A stretch of 64,000 nucleotides of DNA. Origin: an uncultured Phycisphaerales bacterium (GTDB lineage Bacteria > Planctomycetota > Phycisphaerae > Tepidisphaerales > Tepidisphaeraceae). Below, piece by piece: positions 24,269-34,736 of this stretch (its first letter is position 1; each line of letters starts with the position of its first letter). The position numbers and the translations under genes are program-made. The notes beneath the pieces were generated by a model. The model was given only the letters and a program-made list of their open reading frames with translations, did no database searches and was not told the origin of the DNA. The stretch lies in the NCBI GenBank assembly GCA_963758525.1, contig CAVWVQ010000003.1, forward strand, positions 160,001 to 224,000. Direction: 5' to 3'.

Positions 24269-24673
24269 ATGACGGACAAGACGATTCTGGTTGCCGACGA
24301 CGAAACGCATATTCTCAATGTGGTTGCCCTCAAGCTGCGCAATGCGGGCTTCAACGTGCTGACGGCTCAGGACGGGCAGGAGGCCCTTGAAATTGCGCTG
24401 GCCGAGCATCCCGACATGGTCATCACCGACTATCAGATGCCGCTGCTGTCGGGCCTGGAGTTGAGCCGGCGTCTGCGTGGCGAGCCGACGACCGCCGCGA
24501 TCCCGGTGATCATGCTGACCGCCCGCGGCTACCACCTCGAAGAGCACGACACGCGGGAGAGCGGAATCCTGCGCATGCTGAGCAAGCCGTTCAGCCCGCG
24601 ACACCTGCTGGCGACCGTGAACGAAGTGCTCGGCGGAGTTTTGGCGGGCTCGATTGCCAGCGGAGACCAATGA
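24269..24673 (+). CDS. Single-domain response regulator (CheY-like)
   Basis: ILVADDE, ITDYQMP, IMLTARG, KPFSP. Confidence 0.95.
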   Translation: MTDKTILVADDETHILNVVALKLRNAGFNVLTAQDGQEALEIALAEHPDMVITDYQMPLLSGLELSRRLRGEPTTAAIPVIMLTARGYHLEEHDTRESGILRMLSKPFSPRHLLATVNEVLGGVLAGSIASGDQ

Positions 24674-26331
24674 GGATGACGCCGCCCGATGACACCCGGA
24701 AAATGGCCTTTGCGCCCGCGGGCTTCGCCGCGCTGGCGGAACGTCTGCGCGCGTGCGGTTTGTTCCTGATCGCGATGCGGTCCGACGGAACGATCGCCGC
24801 ATATGATTCCTCTGCCAGCCCGCTGTTCACGAAATATTTTCTTCCCCTCTTCGAGAGCGATGCGGAGATCAACGGGTCGGCCGCTGAATCGGCCGGCGAG
24901 GTCTCCGTTGTTCCGTCGCCCGCGGCGCCGGGGATTCTGCTCGGCTCGATCCCCTGGCTCGAGCGGCGTCAGCGCATCGGTTTGCTGCTGATCGCAGGGA
25001 TCGACCCGGCGTTCCATCTCGACGACAACGCGCGACGGCTCTGTGCCGCCCTGGGAATTGATGCCGCCACGATCGCGAGCCTCGCCCTCTCGCTGTCGCG
25101 GCACGACACCGCCTCCATCACCGCTCATGCCCGCCTGCTCGTAGGCATGGCAGCGGACCAGCAGCGCATTGCCGCCGCCGACCGCGAACTGCGATCGCTC
25201 TCCGAGCAGCTTTCGGGAAGCTATGAAGAACTGAGCCTCGTGTATCAGGTCAGCGGCGGCATGCGGCTCGACCGACCCGCGGCCGATTTCTTTCAGCAAC
25301 TGTGCCTCGACCTGATGCCGGTGCTGCAGGTCCGCGGCCTGGGGTTCGCTTTGCACCGCGACGTTCCGATCAAACTTGCCCCCGCCGTCTACGGCGAGAT
25401 CGAGCTTGCCGCCGATGACCTCCGCACTCTCGGCGACATCCTGATGACGCGCCTGCGCGGACGGGTGCTCCCGTTTCTGCTGAGCGATTTGAAGAACGAC
25501 CCGGAATTGCGATGGCTCGAACATTCAGCCCGCTCGCTGCTGGCGGTTCCATTGGGACCGCAGGAGCGGCCTCTGGGCTGCCTCTACGCGCTCGATAAAA
25601 AGACCGGCGACTTCGACTCCTCCGACGCCAAGCTCGTGCGATCGCTCGCGGATGAATCGTCGATCTATTTGGAAAACGCGCGGCTCTTCGACGATCTCCA
25701 CGGCCTGCTCATGGGCCTGCTCCACAGCCTTACCAGCGCGGTCGACGCAAAGGACACCTACACCTGCGGCCACAGCCAGCGCGTCGCGCTGCTGAGCCGG
25801 CATCTGGCGCGAGCCGCCGGCCTGAGTGATGAAGATGTCGAGCAAATCTACGTCGCGGCATTGCTGCACGACGTTGGGAAAATTGGCGTCCCTGAAGGCG
25901 TGCTGCAAAAGGCCGGCAAGCTGACCGACGAGGAATTCGCGCAGATGAAGCGGCATCCGCTGATCGGCTCGCGCATCCTGCAGGACGTGCGCCAGCTTCG
26001 CCATGTTCTCCCGGGCGTGCTGCATCATCACGAGCGGTTCGACGGCCGCGGCTATCCCGACGGATTGGCCGACGACCACATTCCGCTCATGGGCCGGATC
26101 ATCTGCCTTGCCGATTCGTTTGACGCGATGACCTCCGACCGGACCTACCGCAAAGGGATGCCCGTTGAAGTTGCATTGGCGGAAATCAGGAAGTGCTCGG
26201 GCACGCACTTTGACCCGAAGCTCGCCGAGGCGTTTCTGCAAACCAGCGGCGAAGATTACCGCGAACTGCTCCGCGACCACGGCGACAAATCGCGGGCGCT
26301 GCTGCAGCGCCGCGAAGGGAAGGCCGCGTGA
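24670..26331 (+). CDS. GAF + HD-GYP cyclic-di-nucleotide phosphodiesterase
   Basis: KDTYTCGHSQRV, LHDVGKIG, HHERFDGRGYPDGL, ADSFDAMTSDRTYR. Confidence 0.93.
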   Translation: MRMTPPDDTRKMAFAPAGFAALAERLRACGLFLIAMRSDGTIAAYDSSASPLFTKYFLPLFESDAEINGSAAESAGEVSVVPSPAAPGILLGSIPWLERRQRIGLLLIAGIDPAFHLDDNARRLCAALGIDAATIASLALSLSRHDTASITAHARLLVGMAADQQRIAAADRELRSLSEQLSGSYEELSLVYQVSGGMRLDRPAADFFQQLCLDLMPVLQVRGLGFALHRDVPIKLAPAVYGEIELAADDLRTLGDILMTRLRGRVLPFLLSDLKNDPELRWLEHSARSLLAVPLGPQERPLGCLYALDKKTGDFDSSDAKLVRSLADESSIYLENARLFDDLHGLLMGLLHSLTSAVDAKDTYTCGHSQRVALLSRHLARAAGLSDEDVEQIYVAALLHDVGKIGVPEGVLQKAGKLTDEEFAQMKRHPLIGSRILQDVRQLRHVLPGVLHHHERFDGRGYPDGLADDHIPLMGRIICLADSFDAMTSDRTYRKGMPVEVALAEIRKCSGTHFDPKLAEAFLQTSGEDYRELLRDHGDKSRALLQRREGKAA

Positions 26332-26648
26332 AGTTCGAGGAATACAACAATCTCTCGGTCCTCCGACCCGAGGGAGATCTCGCCGGTCCTGAGGCCGACG
26401 CATTGCGCCGGGTCGCCGACGCGCAGGTGAGCCGCGGCGCAGCGGATCTGGTCATCGATTTCGAGGCCGTTCCCTTTGTCAGCGGAGCCGGGCTGGAAGC
26501 GTTGCTGTCCGTGAAGCGCCGGTGCGAATCCCGATCGGGGCGATTGCGGCTGGCGCGCCTGACCGACAATTGCCGCAAGATTCTGGAACTGACCCGGCTC
26601 GACGACACGTTCGATTGTCACGGCAGTCTTCCCGAGGCGATGAAGTGA
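26328..26648 (+). CDS. STAS-domain protein
   Basis: LVIDFEAVPFVSGAGL...ILELTRLD. Confidence 0.88.
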   Translation: MKFEEYNNLSVLRPEGDLAGPEADALRRVADAQVSRGAADLVIDFEAVPFVSGAGLEALLSVKRRCESRSGRLRLARLTDNCRKILELTRLDDTFDCHGSLPEAMK

Positions 26649-26655
26649 CGGGGAA

Positions 26656-28348
26656 ATGAGCACGACCGCTGAAATCAAACCTCTGGGGAAGCAGCTCCTC
26701 GAACGTGGAATCATCCAGTCGAGCCAGTTGGAAGCCGCGCTGCTGGAACAACGCAACAGCGGCTTTGCGCGTCTGCTCGGCGAAATCCTGCTGGAGCAGC
26801 ACGCCTGTTCTGATGAACAAGTCGCACTGGCCGTTGCCGAGTCGCACGGCGTTCCTTTTGCCCACGTCAGCCCGCGGCTGGCCGATCCGCTGGCGGTGGC
26901 ACTGCTGCCCAAGGATTTTCTCGAACATAACGTGATCCTCCCGCTGTTTCTGGTGGAAGGGATGCTGACGGTCGCGATCGCCGAGCCGGCAAACATGTAT
27001 CTTGCCGAGGAAATCGAACGGCGCACCGGATACCGCGTTCAGCTCGTGGCGTCTCCCGCGCGATATTCGCGCCACGCTCGACGCCTACCTCGCGGGCGAA
27101 AAAATGTTCGTGGTCGACGAAGTGCTCGAAGCCGGCGCCGGCGATTTTTCACTGCCGTCGCCCGCGCGCATGCCCCCCGCGGATGATCCGGCGCTGGACG
27201 CGCCCGTCGTGAAGCTGACCAATGCTGTTCTCTTCAACGCGGTCCGCGAAGGGGCGAGCGACGTGCACATCGAGCCGGGTGAAGCAGAGTTGCGCGTGCG
27301 CTATCGCGTGGACGGACGCCTCTTCGAGCGCATGCGTCCGCCCTTTCGGATGCGCGACGCGTTGACCGCCCGCCTCAAGCTGCTGGCCGGACTCGATGTC
27401 GCCCAGCGGCGCCTGCCGCAGGACGGCTCGATTCGCATGACCGCCAACGGCCAATCCGTCGCGCTGCGCATCAGCACCGTGCCAGGCCGGTACGGCGAAA
27501 CCGTCGTCGTTCATCTCTCCGAGGAAGAGCGCGGCACGCTGCGCCTCGAGAAGCTCGGCTTTGCATACGAAACGCTCAAGCAATGGAAGAAACTGATCTC
27601 CCGCCCCAGCGGACTGATCCTCGTCTGCGGCCCCTCCGGCAGCGGCAAGCGCGACACGCTCTGCGCCGCCCTTACCGAGCGCAGCAGCGCCGAGCTGAAT
27701 ATCTGCAGCGTCGAAGAGCCGATCGAGCGCACGCTGCCGGGCGTCAATCAGTTCCCTGTCGACGACCGCAGCGGCTTCACCTTCGCGTCAGCCGTGCGTT
27801 CGCTGCTCCGCCAGGAGCCGGATATTCTGATGATTTCCTGGCTGCGCGACTCCGACACCGCCAAGCTCGCCGCCCAGGCGGCCCTCACCGGCCGGCTCGT
27901 TTTCGCCGCGCTTCATGCGAACGACGCCCCCGCCGCGATCGCGCGGATGACCTATCTGGGAGTCGAGCCCTATGCCATCGGGGCCACGATCGCCGGCGTG
28001 CTCGCCCAGCGCCAAGTCAGAAAGCTCTGTTCTCATTGCAAGGAAATCTGCGAACCGACCGCGGCGCAAAGGCGGCAGATTGAGCCATTCGTCGGCTCCG
28101 TCGAGAAGCTCTTTCGCGCCAAAGGCTGCGACAAGTGCCACAACCTCGGCTACGCCGGCCGGCTCGGCATTCACGAGCTGCTGATCTGTGACGACGCTTT
28201 GTCCGAGCGCATCAGCCAGGGCGCGCCGCTCACCGAGCTGCGCGAATTGGCCGCAAAGACGAACATGAAGCCCCTGCGTGTCGACGGCCTGGAAAAGGTC
28301 AAATCCGGGCTAACGACGCTGGACGAGGTGTATCGGGTAACGGGGTAA
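26656..28348 (+). CDS. GspE/PilB-family protein with MshEN-like N-terminus and degenerate ATPase motifs (frameshift near 27050)
   Basis: PLGKQLLERGII...LEAALLEQ; ASDVHIEP, RYRVDG, RRLPQDG, GPSGSGKRDT, CSHC/CDKC, GYAGRLGIHE. Confidence 0.88.
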
Positions 28349-28359
28349 GGCTAGAGAGA

Positions 28360-28545
28360 GGCACGAAGGCACGAAGGCACAAAGGCACGAAGGGGATGAC
28401 GCTGCGCGACAAGAAGGGGAAGTCTTTATCCTGCGTCCTCTTTGTGCTTTCGTCCCTTCCTCCAGCCTTCGCCTCCGTCCTTCGTGCCTTCCCCGAGCCT
28501 TTCTTCCCCTCCGTGCCTTCGTGCCTACGTGCCTTCGTGCCTTCC
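28360..28545. repeat. Inverted octamer tracts GGCACGAA / TTCGTGCC
   Basis: ggcacgaaggcacgaaggcacaaaggcacgaagg ... ccgtgccttcgtgcctacgtgccttcgtgcctt. Confidence 0.8.
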
Positions 28546-28593
28546 CTGGTACCTTGTCAACTCCGCACGGTTTGCTATCTTCAACAGGACGTT

Positions 28594-28666
28594 GGCAGCG
28601 TAGCTCAGTTGGTAGAGCGCGGGATTCATAAGCCCAAGGTCACAGGTTCGACTCCTGTCGCTGCTA
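28594..28666 (+). tRNA. tRNA with CAT anticodon (elongator Met most likely; Ile2 not excluded)
   Basis: Acceptor GGCAGCG/CGCTGCT, D arm GCTC-AGTTGGTA-GAGC, loop TTCATAA, T arm ACAGG-TTCGACT-CCTGT; CCA not encoded; two mismatches in the anticodon stem. Confidence 0.92.
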
Positions 28667-28722
28667 TTCCGGCAAAGGCCCGACTCCGCGAGATTTCACG
28701 GTGTGGGAACCCAGACGGCATT

Positions 28723-28818
28723 ATGCCCTCCCCTTTCCCTGGCATGGATCCCTACCTCGGAGGCTCCTGCTGGGTTGCTTCCTCCACGAGTTCCCAATGC
28801 GTGACGGCGATTCGGTAG
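28723..28818 (+). pseudogene. DUF4058-family N-terminal remnant
   Basis: MPSPFPGMDPYL signature, followed by loss of frame. Confidence 0.6.
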
Positions 28819-29137
28819 ATCCGCGACGACGCGAAGCGACTGACAGGCCGCCTCGGCGAAGTTGCACCACATCCGATCGGTGATGCAGGATAAGCAAGAT
28901 CGAGAATTTAATGCCTTCGTTGGATTAGGTGCGTCACCCGATGCATAGCGTATTCGAGTTCGATGCGCCCGTTATCCGCCGTGGGGCAGCGGTTCCGCTT
29001 TGCGTCGTCGCGGATCGCTCGTTGCCGCGGACGGCCGGAAATCGCCGCACGCGGAGATGAAACCGTTCACCGATGCATGGTGAACATGACGAAAGCCTCA
29101 ACTCATATCGAACCGGGAAATAGCTTTGGATGCGCCG

Positions 29138-29890
29138 CTACGCCCATTCGGTCTTGACCACGACGCACCCGGCCATGAGGTCGTGCAGGCACTGGTTGTT
29201 GGGGGTGAAGACCATCATCACGTACCCGATCATGAGGATGAGCTGCGAGATGATTTTTCCGAAGTGCCGGCCGGTGGCTCGGCCGAAGGAGATTTGATTT
29301 CCGGAGAGATCGGTCACTTTCAGACCCAGCAGACGTTTGCCAATGGTCGATTGCTGCGAGCCGCTCTCGAGCATGCAGCAGTAGATCCACGCGACGGTGA
29401 TGAAGATGAGGCGGATGAAATTGCCGACGGTGTGCGCGTTGGACCGGACCGCGTCATGGCCGACATACCAGACGAAGGCGGTGGTCATTGCAAATCCGAT
29501 GGCGAGGATGATCAGGCCGTCGATGAAGCTCGCCATGAATCGCATCCAGAAGCCGGCATAGGTGAGCTGGGTTCGGCCGAACGCCGTGTAGTCGTTGGCA
29601 GATGTTTGCGTAACGCCGGCGGCGAGGGTTGCCAAAAGGGGTTGCGGCGCCGGGATGGATGCAATCTGGGGCGGTTGCGTTAATGATGCCGGGGACGCGT
29701 CGAACAAATCATTGACCGACGATGCCGGCACCCAGTCGGCGGCACCTTCGGTCCAGATCAGATCGTCGGGCTTCAGTTCATGGTCGGCGGCAAGTTTTTG
29801 CAGCACCGGCCAATCGAACGGACCTTCCTGCTGCCCGTCGCGGGCAACATACCATCCCTGACTCACGGAAGTCGCCTGGTTGGTTGTCAT
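29138..29890 (-). CDS. GYF_2 + RDD family membrane protein
   Basis: WYVARDGQQEGPF...DLIWTEGAADW; YAGFWMRFMASFID, TIGKRLLGLKV, LHDLMAGCVVV. Confidence 0.92.
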   Translation of the reverse strand: MTTNQATSVSQGWYVARDGQQEGPFDWPVLQKLAADHELKPDDLIWTEGAADWVPASSVNDLFDASPASLTQPPQIASIPAPQPLLATLAAGVTQTSANDYTAFGRTQLTYAGFWMRFMASFIDGLIILAIGFAMTTAFVWYVGHDAVRSNAHTVGNFIRLIFITVAWIYCCMLESGSQQSTIGKRLLGLKVTDLSGNQISFGRATGRHFGKIISQLILMIGYVMMVFTPNNQCLHDLMAGCVVVKTEWA

Positions 29891-30255
29891 TCTCGATCTC
29901 CGCCTCGAGTTATTACGCCAGAACGAATGGCCGTTAGCAGCGCGTGGTTAAAGTCGCGCGGCCTCCGCTTGGGAGACATTAACCATGGGCTGCGAGGTCC
30001 GAATATTTTGATCGCGTCAGAACCAGCCTGTGACGTTTCCATCGGCTGTCGCCAACTGCTGCTGAACCTGCTGAATAAATGCGTTGTCAGGAGTCACTCA
30101 CGCGTTCCGCGTGAAATCACCTGTTTGTCGCCCGAATTCAAGCACGCCCGCTGCCGAGTCTGCCCGATATATGAGCGGGCGCTTCCCTGGTTACGCTGCC
30201 ATGAAATCGTTGGCGCGTGGGAAGTCGCCAGTTTCGGGGCCACCAGCGGGATCCA

Positions 30256-31491
30256 ATGTCGGACTCATTCTCGTTTTTGAGTTGTGCCCCTGAAGCTTCC
30301 CGCGCTGAGTGGAGCTTTCTCACCCGATGCATCGCGATGCAGTTGGGAGGCGCGACCACCGCGGCAGCGGTCCCGCCCGACGCGAAGGGTCTGAACTGGA
30401 ATACGATCCTCCGACTGGCCGAGGCGCATCGTGTCGTGCCGCTGCTGTCGGCGGCGGTGCTGGCGAATCAGGCGAAGGGCGTCTCGCCGAAGGCCGCCGC
30501 TGATCTGAAGGGTCGCTTTCGCTACTACTCACAACGCGGAATGTCGTTCGTCATGGAGCTTCGCAATGTGCTGGGTTCGCTCCGCCAGGCAGGAATCCCG
30601 TGCATTCCCCTCAAGGGGCCGGTGCTGACGGTCGGCAGTTATCGGAAGCTGGGGCTTCGTGATTTTGATGACTTGGATCTGCTGGTGGCGCCCGCGGACG
30701 TCACGCGCGCGGTCGCGGCGCTGGCGAACATTGGATATGCGGGCTGGGACATTCCAGCGCAATGGGTCGCGACGCACCTCCGCACCGAATCCGAACACAA
30801 CCTGGTGTGCGACCAGCGGAAGGTCACCGTCGATCTGCATTGGGCCATCGGCCGCAGATACTTCACGATGCCGATGGATTTTGAATCGCTCTGGAACCGC
30901 TCGGCGCACACGAAGCTGATCGGATCGGCGGTGCCGGACCTCTGTGCCGAGGATACGGTTCTCTTCCTCTGCTACCACGGCGGCAAACATCTCTTCTCGC
31001 GGCTGACGTGGGTATGCGATGTCGCGGCCACCATCACGGCTCATCCGAATCTGGACTGGGATGCGCTGCTGGCGATGGCCGCCGGGATGAACGCGCGACG
31101 ATTGCTGCTTCTGGGGCTGCGCCTGGCCCGGGAGATGCTGGGATCTGAACTCCCCGTCCGAATCCGAGCGATGATTGAAGCGGAATCGGCCCTGGAGCCG
31201 CTGGTGGCGATGGTGTTGCGAGGCATCTTCGACGAAACAAATTCCAAGCCCGCGTTGCAGCAACAAATCGAGGCTTCGCTCTTTCATCTGCGAGCCCGCG
31301 AGCGGATGTCCGACCGGCTGCGATATCTGTTTTGGGCCGCCGCCCCAAACGCCCGCGACTGGCGCGACTCGCGTCTCCCGCAGTCGCTCAGCTTTCTGCT
31401 GGTGCTGACCCGACCACTTCGCCTGCTCAGGAAGAATACGTCCCCTGATCACGCCTCCTCCGTTCCCTCCACGATGAGTCTGCCGGGCTAG
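30256..31491 (+). CDS. Nucleotidyltransferase family protein (NTP_transf_5 type)
   Basis: HRVVPLL, IPLKGPVL...LRDFDDLDLLV, VDLHW, LCYHGGKH...LTWVCDV. Confidence 0.88.
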   Translation: MSDSFSFLSCAPEASRAEWSFLTRCIAMQLGGATTAAAVPPDAKGLNWNTILRLAEAHRVVPLLSAAVLANQAKGVSPKAAADLKGRFRYYSQRGMSFVMELRNVLGSLRQAGIPCIPLKGPVLTVGSYRKLGLRDFDDLDLLVAPADVTRAVAALANIGYAGWDIPAQWVATHLRTESEHNLVCDQRKVTVDLHWAIGRRYFTMPMDFESLWNRSAHTKLIGSAVPDLCAEDTVLFLCYHGGKHLFSRLTWVCDVAATITAHPNLDWDALLAMAAGMNARRLLLLGLRLAREMLGSELPVRIRAMIEAESALEPLVAMVLRGIFDETNSKPALQQQIEASLFHLRARERMSDRLRYLFWAAAPNARDWRDSRLPQSLSFLLVLTRPLRLLRKNTSPDHASSVPSTMSLPG

Positions 31492-31502
31492 CTGTATGCG
31501 GG

Positions 31503-32816
31503 TTATGTTGGAATTGATCGCAATCGCTTCTCACCCGCCCTGCGCAATCGAGCGGTCGCAGGGTCGTTGCTGTCCGGCTTTTGCATCCCGGTGGGCTTGC
31601 CAGATGGCACCTCTCGAACCGGGAAATACCGCTTTAATTGCAAGAACCACTTCTCGTAGCAATGGAAGCTGATGAACGCCGCGGCGACGCTGATCAGCGC
31701 TGCTATGCAGGAATAGAGGATGGTTGTCGGCGTAGGACCCAGGTGAGGCAGGCGTGTGCCGATGGATTCATAAATGACTCTATTGAGCAACTGATGGAAC
31801 ACATAGATCCCGTAACTGTATCGGCCGAGAGTGACGAACGGCGACCTCGCAAGCAGGGGCATCACGAAGGATCGTGCATTCATCAGCGCGCCTTCGGCAA
31901 CGAGCCAGCACGAGAACAGCGCCACGAGGGTGCATTCCATCACGGAAGCAACTTTATTCTGAAACAGCACGCCGTGCATGACTCGCTGGCAGACCAGAAA
32001 CATCGCCGCACAGACACCTACAGGACGCAGGATCCTGAGAATCTGACTCGCGGTATATGTTCTGCAGGCGAGGGCCAGCAAAGCTCCAATCGCCAGTTCA
32101 TCGGTTCTGCACGGCGTGAGCAAGCTCGCGGTGTCATGGTGGCTGTGCGGAAGCAACAGATAACGGCTCGTCAGGGCAGTGAGAACCAGCACAAGGGAGA
32201 TACCGACCAAGCCTCTTTTGGATGAAAGATAGATAACGAGCGGCCAGAGGAGGTAAAAGTGTTCCTCCACTGCCAATGACCAGAAGTGCGTGACCATGAA
32301 CGGATAGGGATTTAGAAAACCCCACCCGAACCGGTACACGGCGAGATTGGTTCCGTAGAGCCACAACCACGCCTGGTGCGGCCGGGCCGCTGCAAGCCCC
32401 GCGCGAGCGACCGGCGTGAATGGGAGCACGAGGAATACAACCGAAAGCACGCCATAGTAGATGGGACAGATGCGGAGGGTGCGCCGGACGTAGAAATTTC
32501 GGAAAAAGTGCGGGGATCCCTTTGAATCGAGAAGGATACCGGTGATGAGGAAGCCTGAGAGCACGAAGAACAGATCGACTCCCATCCAGCCATTGCCCGT
32601 GAGTTTGATGTAGATGCGGCCCACTGACGTGAGGGGAAGCGCACTGAGATACCAGTAGCTGAAGTGCATCGTCATGACCGCCAGGACCGCGATCCCCCGA
32701 AGCCCGTCCAATGCGGGCATATAGCGGCCAAATGCCGGAGGGTCATCCTGCGGCGGAATTCGAGATCGAGCCCCGGTGATTGGGGAGACTGCAGATGGAA
32801 TTCCAACCATAGACAA
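31503..32816 (-). CDS. Acyltransferase_3 (OafA-like) membrane O-acyltransferase
   Basis: PALDGLRGIAV, GVDLFFVLSGFLIT, FYVRRTLRI, HFWSLAVEEHFY, GRYSYGIYVFH. Confidence 0.93.
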   Translation of the reverse strand: MSMVGIPSAVSPITGARSRIPPQDDPPAFGRYMPALDGLRGIAVLAVMTMHFSYWYLSALPLTSVGRIYIKLTGNGWMGVDLFFVLSGFLITGILLDSKGSPHFFRNFYVRRTLRICPIYYGVLSVVFLVLPFTPVARAGLAAARPHQAWLWLYGTNLAVYRFGWGFLNPYPFMVTHFWSLAVEEHFYLLWPLVIYLSSKRGLVGISLVLVLTALTSRYLLLPHSHHDTASLLTPCRTDELAIGALLALACRTYTASQILRILRPVGVCAAMFLVCQRVMHGVLFQNKVASVMECTLVALFSCWLVAEGALMNARSFVMPLLARSPFVTLGRYSYGIYVFHQLLNRVIYESIGTRLPHLGPTPTTILYSCIAALISVAAAFISFHCYEKWFLQLKRYFPVREVPSGKPTGMQKPDSNDPATARLRRAGEKRLRSIPT

Positions 32817-33967
32817 TTACTCCCAACGCCCGGCCGCCCGATTGCTGTTCTTTCGCGCAGGAGTATCGGCCGCCGCGGAGCTGGCGATTGAAGCGCGATT
32901 TCGGCCGATCCATAATTGGCGAAACGGATAGATCCACTGCCGCAGGTTTGTTGCCAGCACTCCGCGAACCGAATGAGCCGATTCCGCTGGAAACGTCTCG
33001 TCATCGATTCCGGTTGCCGGATAGACGTCATACTCCCTGCACTGGGTGCCAAACAGACAGTCCCAGACGGTCAGAATCGCGCCATAGTTTTGGTCGAAAT
33101 GCTCCGGGTGCAGGGAGTGGTGAATGCGGTGTGACTGCGGCGTAACAACAAAGTAACAGAGCGGTCCGAAATTGCTCCTGATGTTTGCATGGCAAAGCCG
33201 GTTGTGCCAGGTCAGGATCAATATCCACCAGATGACCGCGGGCTCCTGGAGATTGAGCATCAGCATGGGAAGCACGAGCACGGTGTAGCGGAGGAATTGC
33301 TCCACAATGTGATTTCGGTAAGACGAAAACTGATTCAATTCTCGCTGCGCGTGATGGACGGCATGAAACGGCCAGAGAAAGGAGAGGCGATGGTGAAACC
33401 AGTGCTGCAACCACCGCGCAAAATCCATCGCCACGGCGCCGATCACCAGCCGCAGCGCCACGGGAAGCGAATGAGCCGTCCGCAGAGTGAGAAAGGCCAG
33501 ATGCCGGGAGTAGAAGTTGTAGAGCATCGCGCCGTACCACATGGCGATCACCAGCCAGACCGCGGCTTCGATCACCACCCACAGCGCATCGTGAACCAGG
33601 CCGGTGCTCAGCGTCCGTTGAGAAGGAATTGCAGGAAAGCGGCGTTCCAGCATGAAGATGCCAAGCATGCCGAAGGGGTAGAGCACCATCGATAGCAGTG
33701 ACCAGCCGGAGATCGCTTTCTTGAGGTGCGGCAGCAGGCCGTGCAGAAGCCACCTTGCGCATCGGCGCTGACAAAAGCGAATGGGTAGAGAAGCCTTATG
33801 ATCAGGCAGGCGATCGCCAGCAAGAGGAAGCAGCCTGCGAAAACGATGCGAACGCGTGATTCGGTTGCGGATTCGGAATCCGGATTTGCGCGGACGTAGC
33901 TCGGCCGCCGGGAGCGGGGAAATTGGCGAGACAGAGATGTCGGGCGATTATCCGTCTCCGCGAGCAT
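32817..33967 (-). CDS. Sterol desaturase/fatty-acid hydroxylase family (probable frameshift near 33750)
   Basis: His boxes HWFHH, HAVHH, HANI, HRIHH, NYG; a TM N-terminus lies in the adjacent frame. Confidence 0.8.
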
Positions 33968-34274
33968 GCTCACCGGCCTGTCAGCATGCACTTGGCACGC
34001 GAAGCTAATTCACAGAACGCTGCCCGCATCCCGAGGCATGCCAAGCGACACCGTCATCGATCATTCGTATCGTCCAGCATCGATCCTATGTTGAGCATGA
34101 ATGAGCGGGGACCACCGGTATTATGGGGAGCTAATTCGCCGGTGCTGGTCCAACCTTACGGCTTTTCCGCGGGATAGGGTCTTTTTCTTAATAATCTGTA
34201 CATGGTGCAGTGTTTTGCCGATTGAATCGATGTAACCCGTACGCTCTTTCGGCCACGTTTTGTGCAGGAAATGA

Positions 34275-34721
34275 ATGATGAACGACACGACCAGCCGATT
34301 CAGGATTAACGAAAAGCTCGTGACCTCGAAGATGATCGACGGGGAGGCGATTATCATCAACCTGGCCAATGGGATGTACTACAGCCTGGACAAAACCGGC
34401 GGCGTGGTATGGGTGCTGATTGGCGCGGGTCAGAGCCTGGGCGAAATCGCGAACGTGGTGTCTTCACGCTTTTCCGCACCACCGGAGCAGGTTCGCGAGG
34501 ATCTGGCCCTGCTGGTGAACGATCTGGTGAAGCAAAATCTGGTGCTGCCCGCCGAGGGCGACGCGCCGATCGTGCAGGTCAAGCTCGATCCGCCCACGGG
34601 CGATGCTTACGTGCAACCCGTGCTCAATAGTTACGACGACATGGGGGATGTGCTCGCGCTGGATCCGCCGCTGCCGCAGGTGGAAATCGAAAACGAATCC
34701 TGGGAGACCAGCGTCAAATGA
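34275..34721 (+). CDS. PqqD-family RiPP recognition element (RRE) with C-terminal leader-like extension
   Basis: IDGEAIIINLANGMYYSLDKTGGVVW...EQVREDL..LVNDLVKQNLV; tail YVQPVLNSYDDMGDVLALDPP. Confidence 0.88.
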   Translation: MMNDTTSRFRINEKLVTSKMIDGEAIIINLANGMYYSLDKTGGVVWVLIGAGQSLGEIANVVSSRFSAPPEQVREDLALLVNDLVKQNLVLPAEGDAPIVQVKLDPPTGDAYVQPVLNSYDDMGDVLALDPPLPQVEIENESWETSVK

Positions 34722-34736
34722 GGGGCGCGAGCAGAC

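Noticed and set aside
34088..34177. Short ORF MLSMNERGPPVLWGANSPVLVQPYGFSAG as a separate precursor peptide
   Set aside because: No SD and no YxxPxL or other recognisable leader motif; lies in the probable divergent promoter region.
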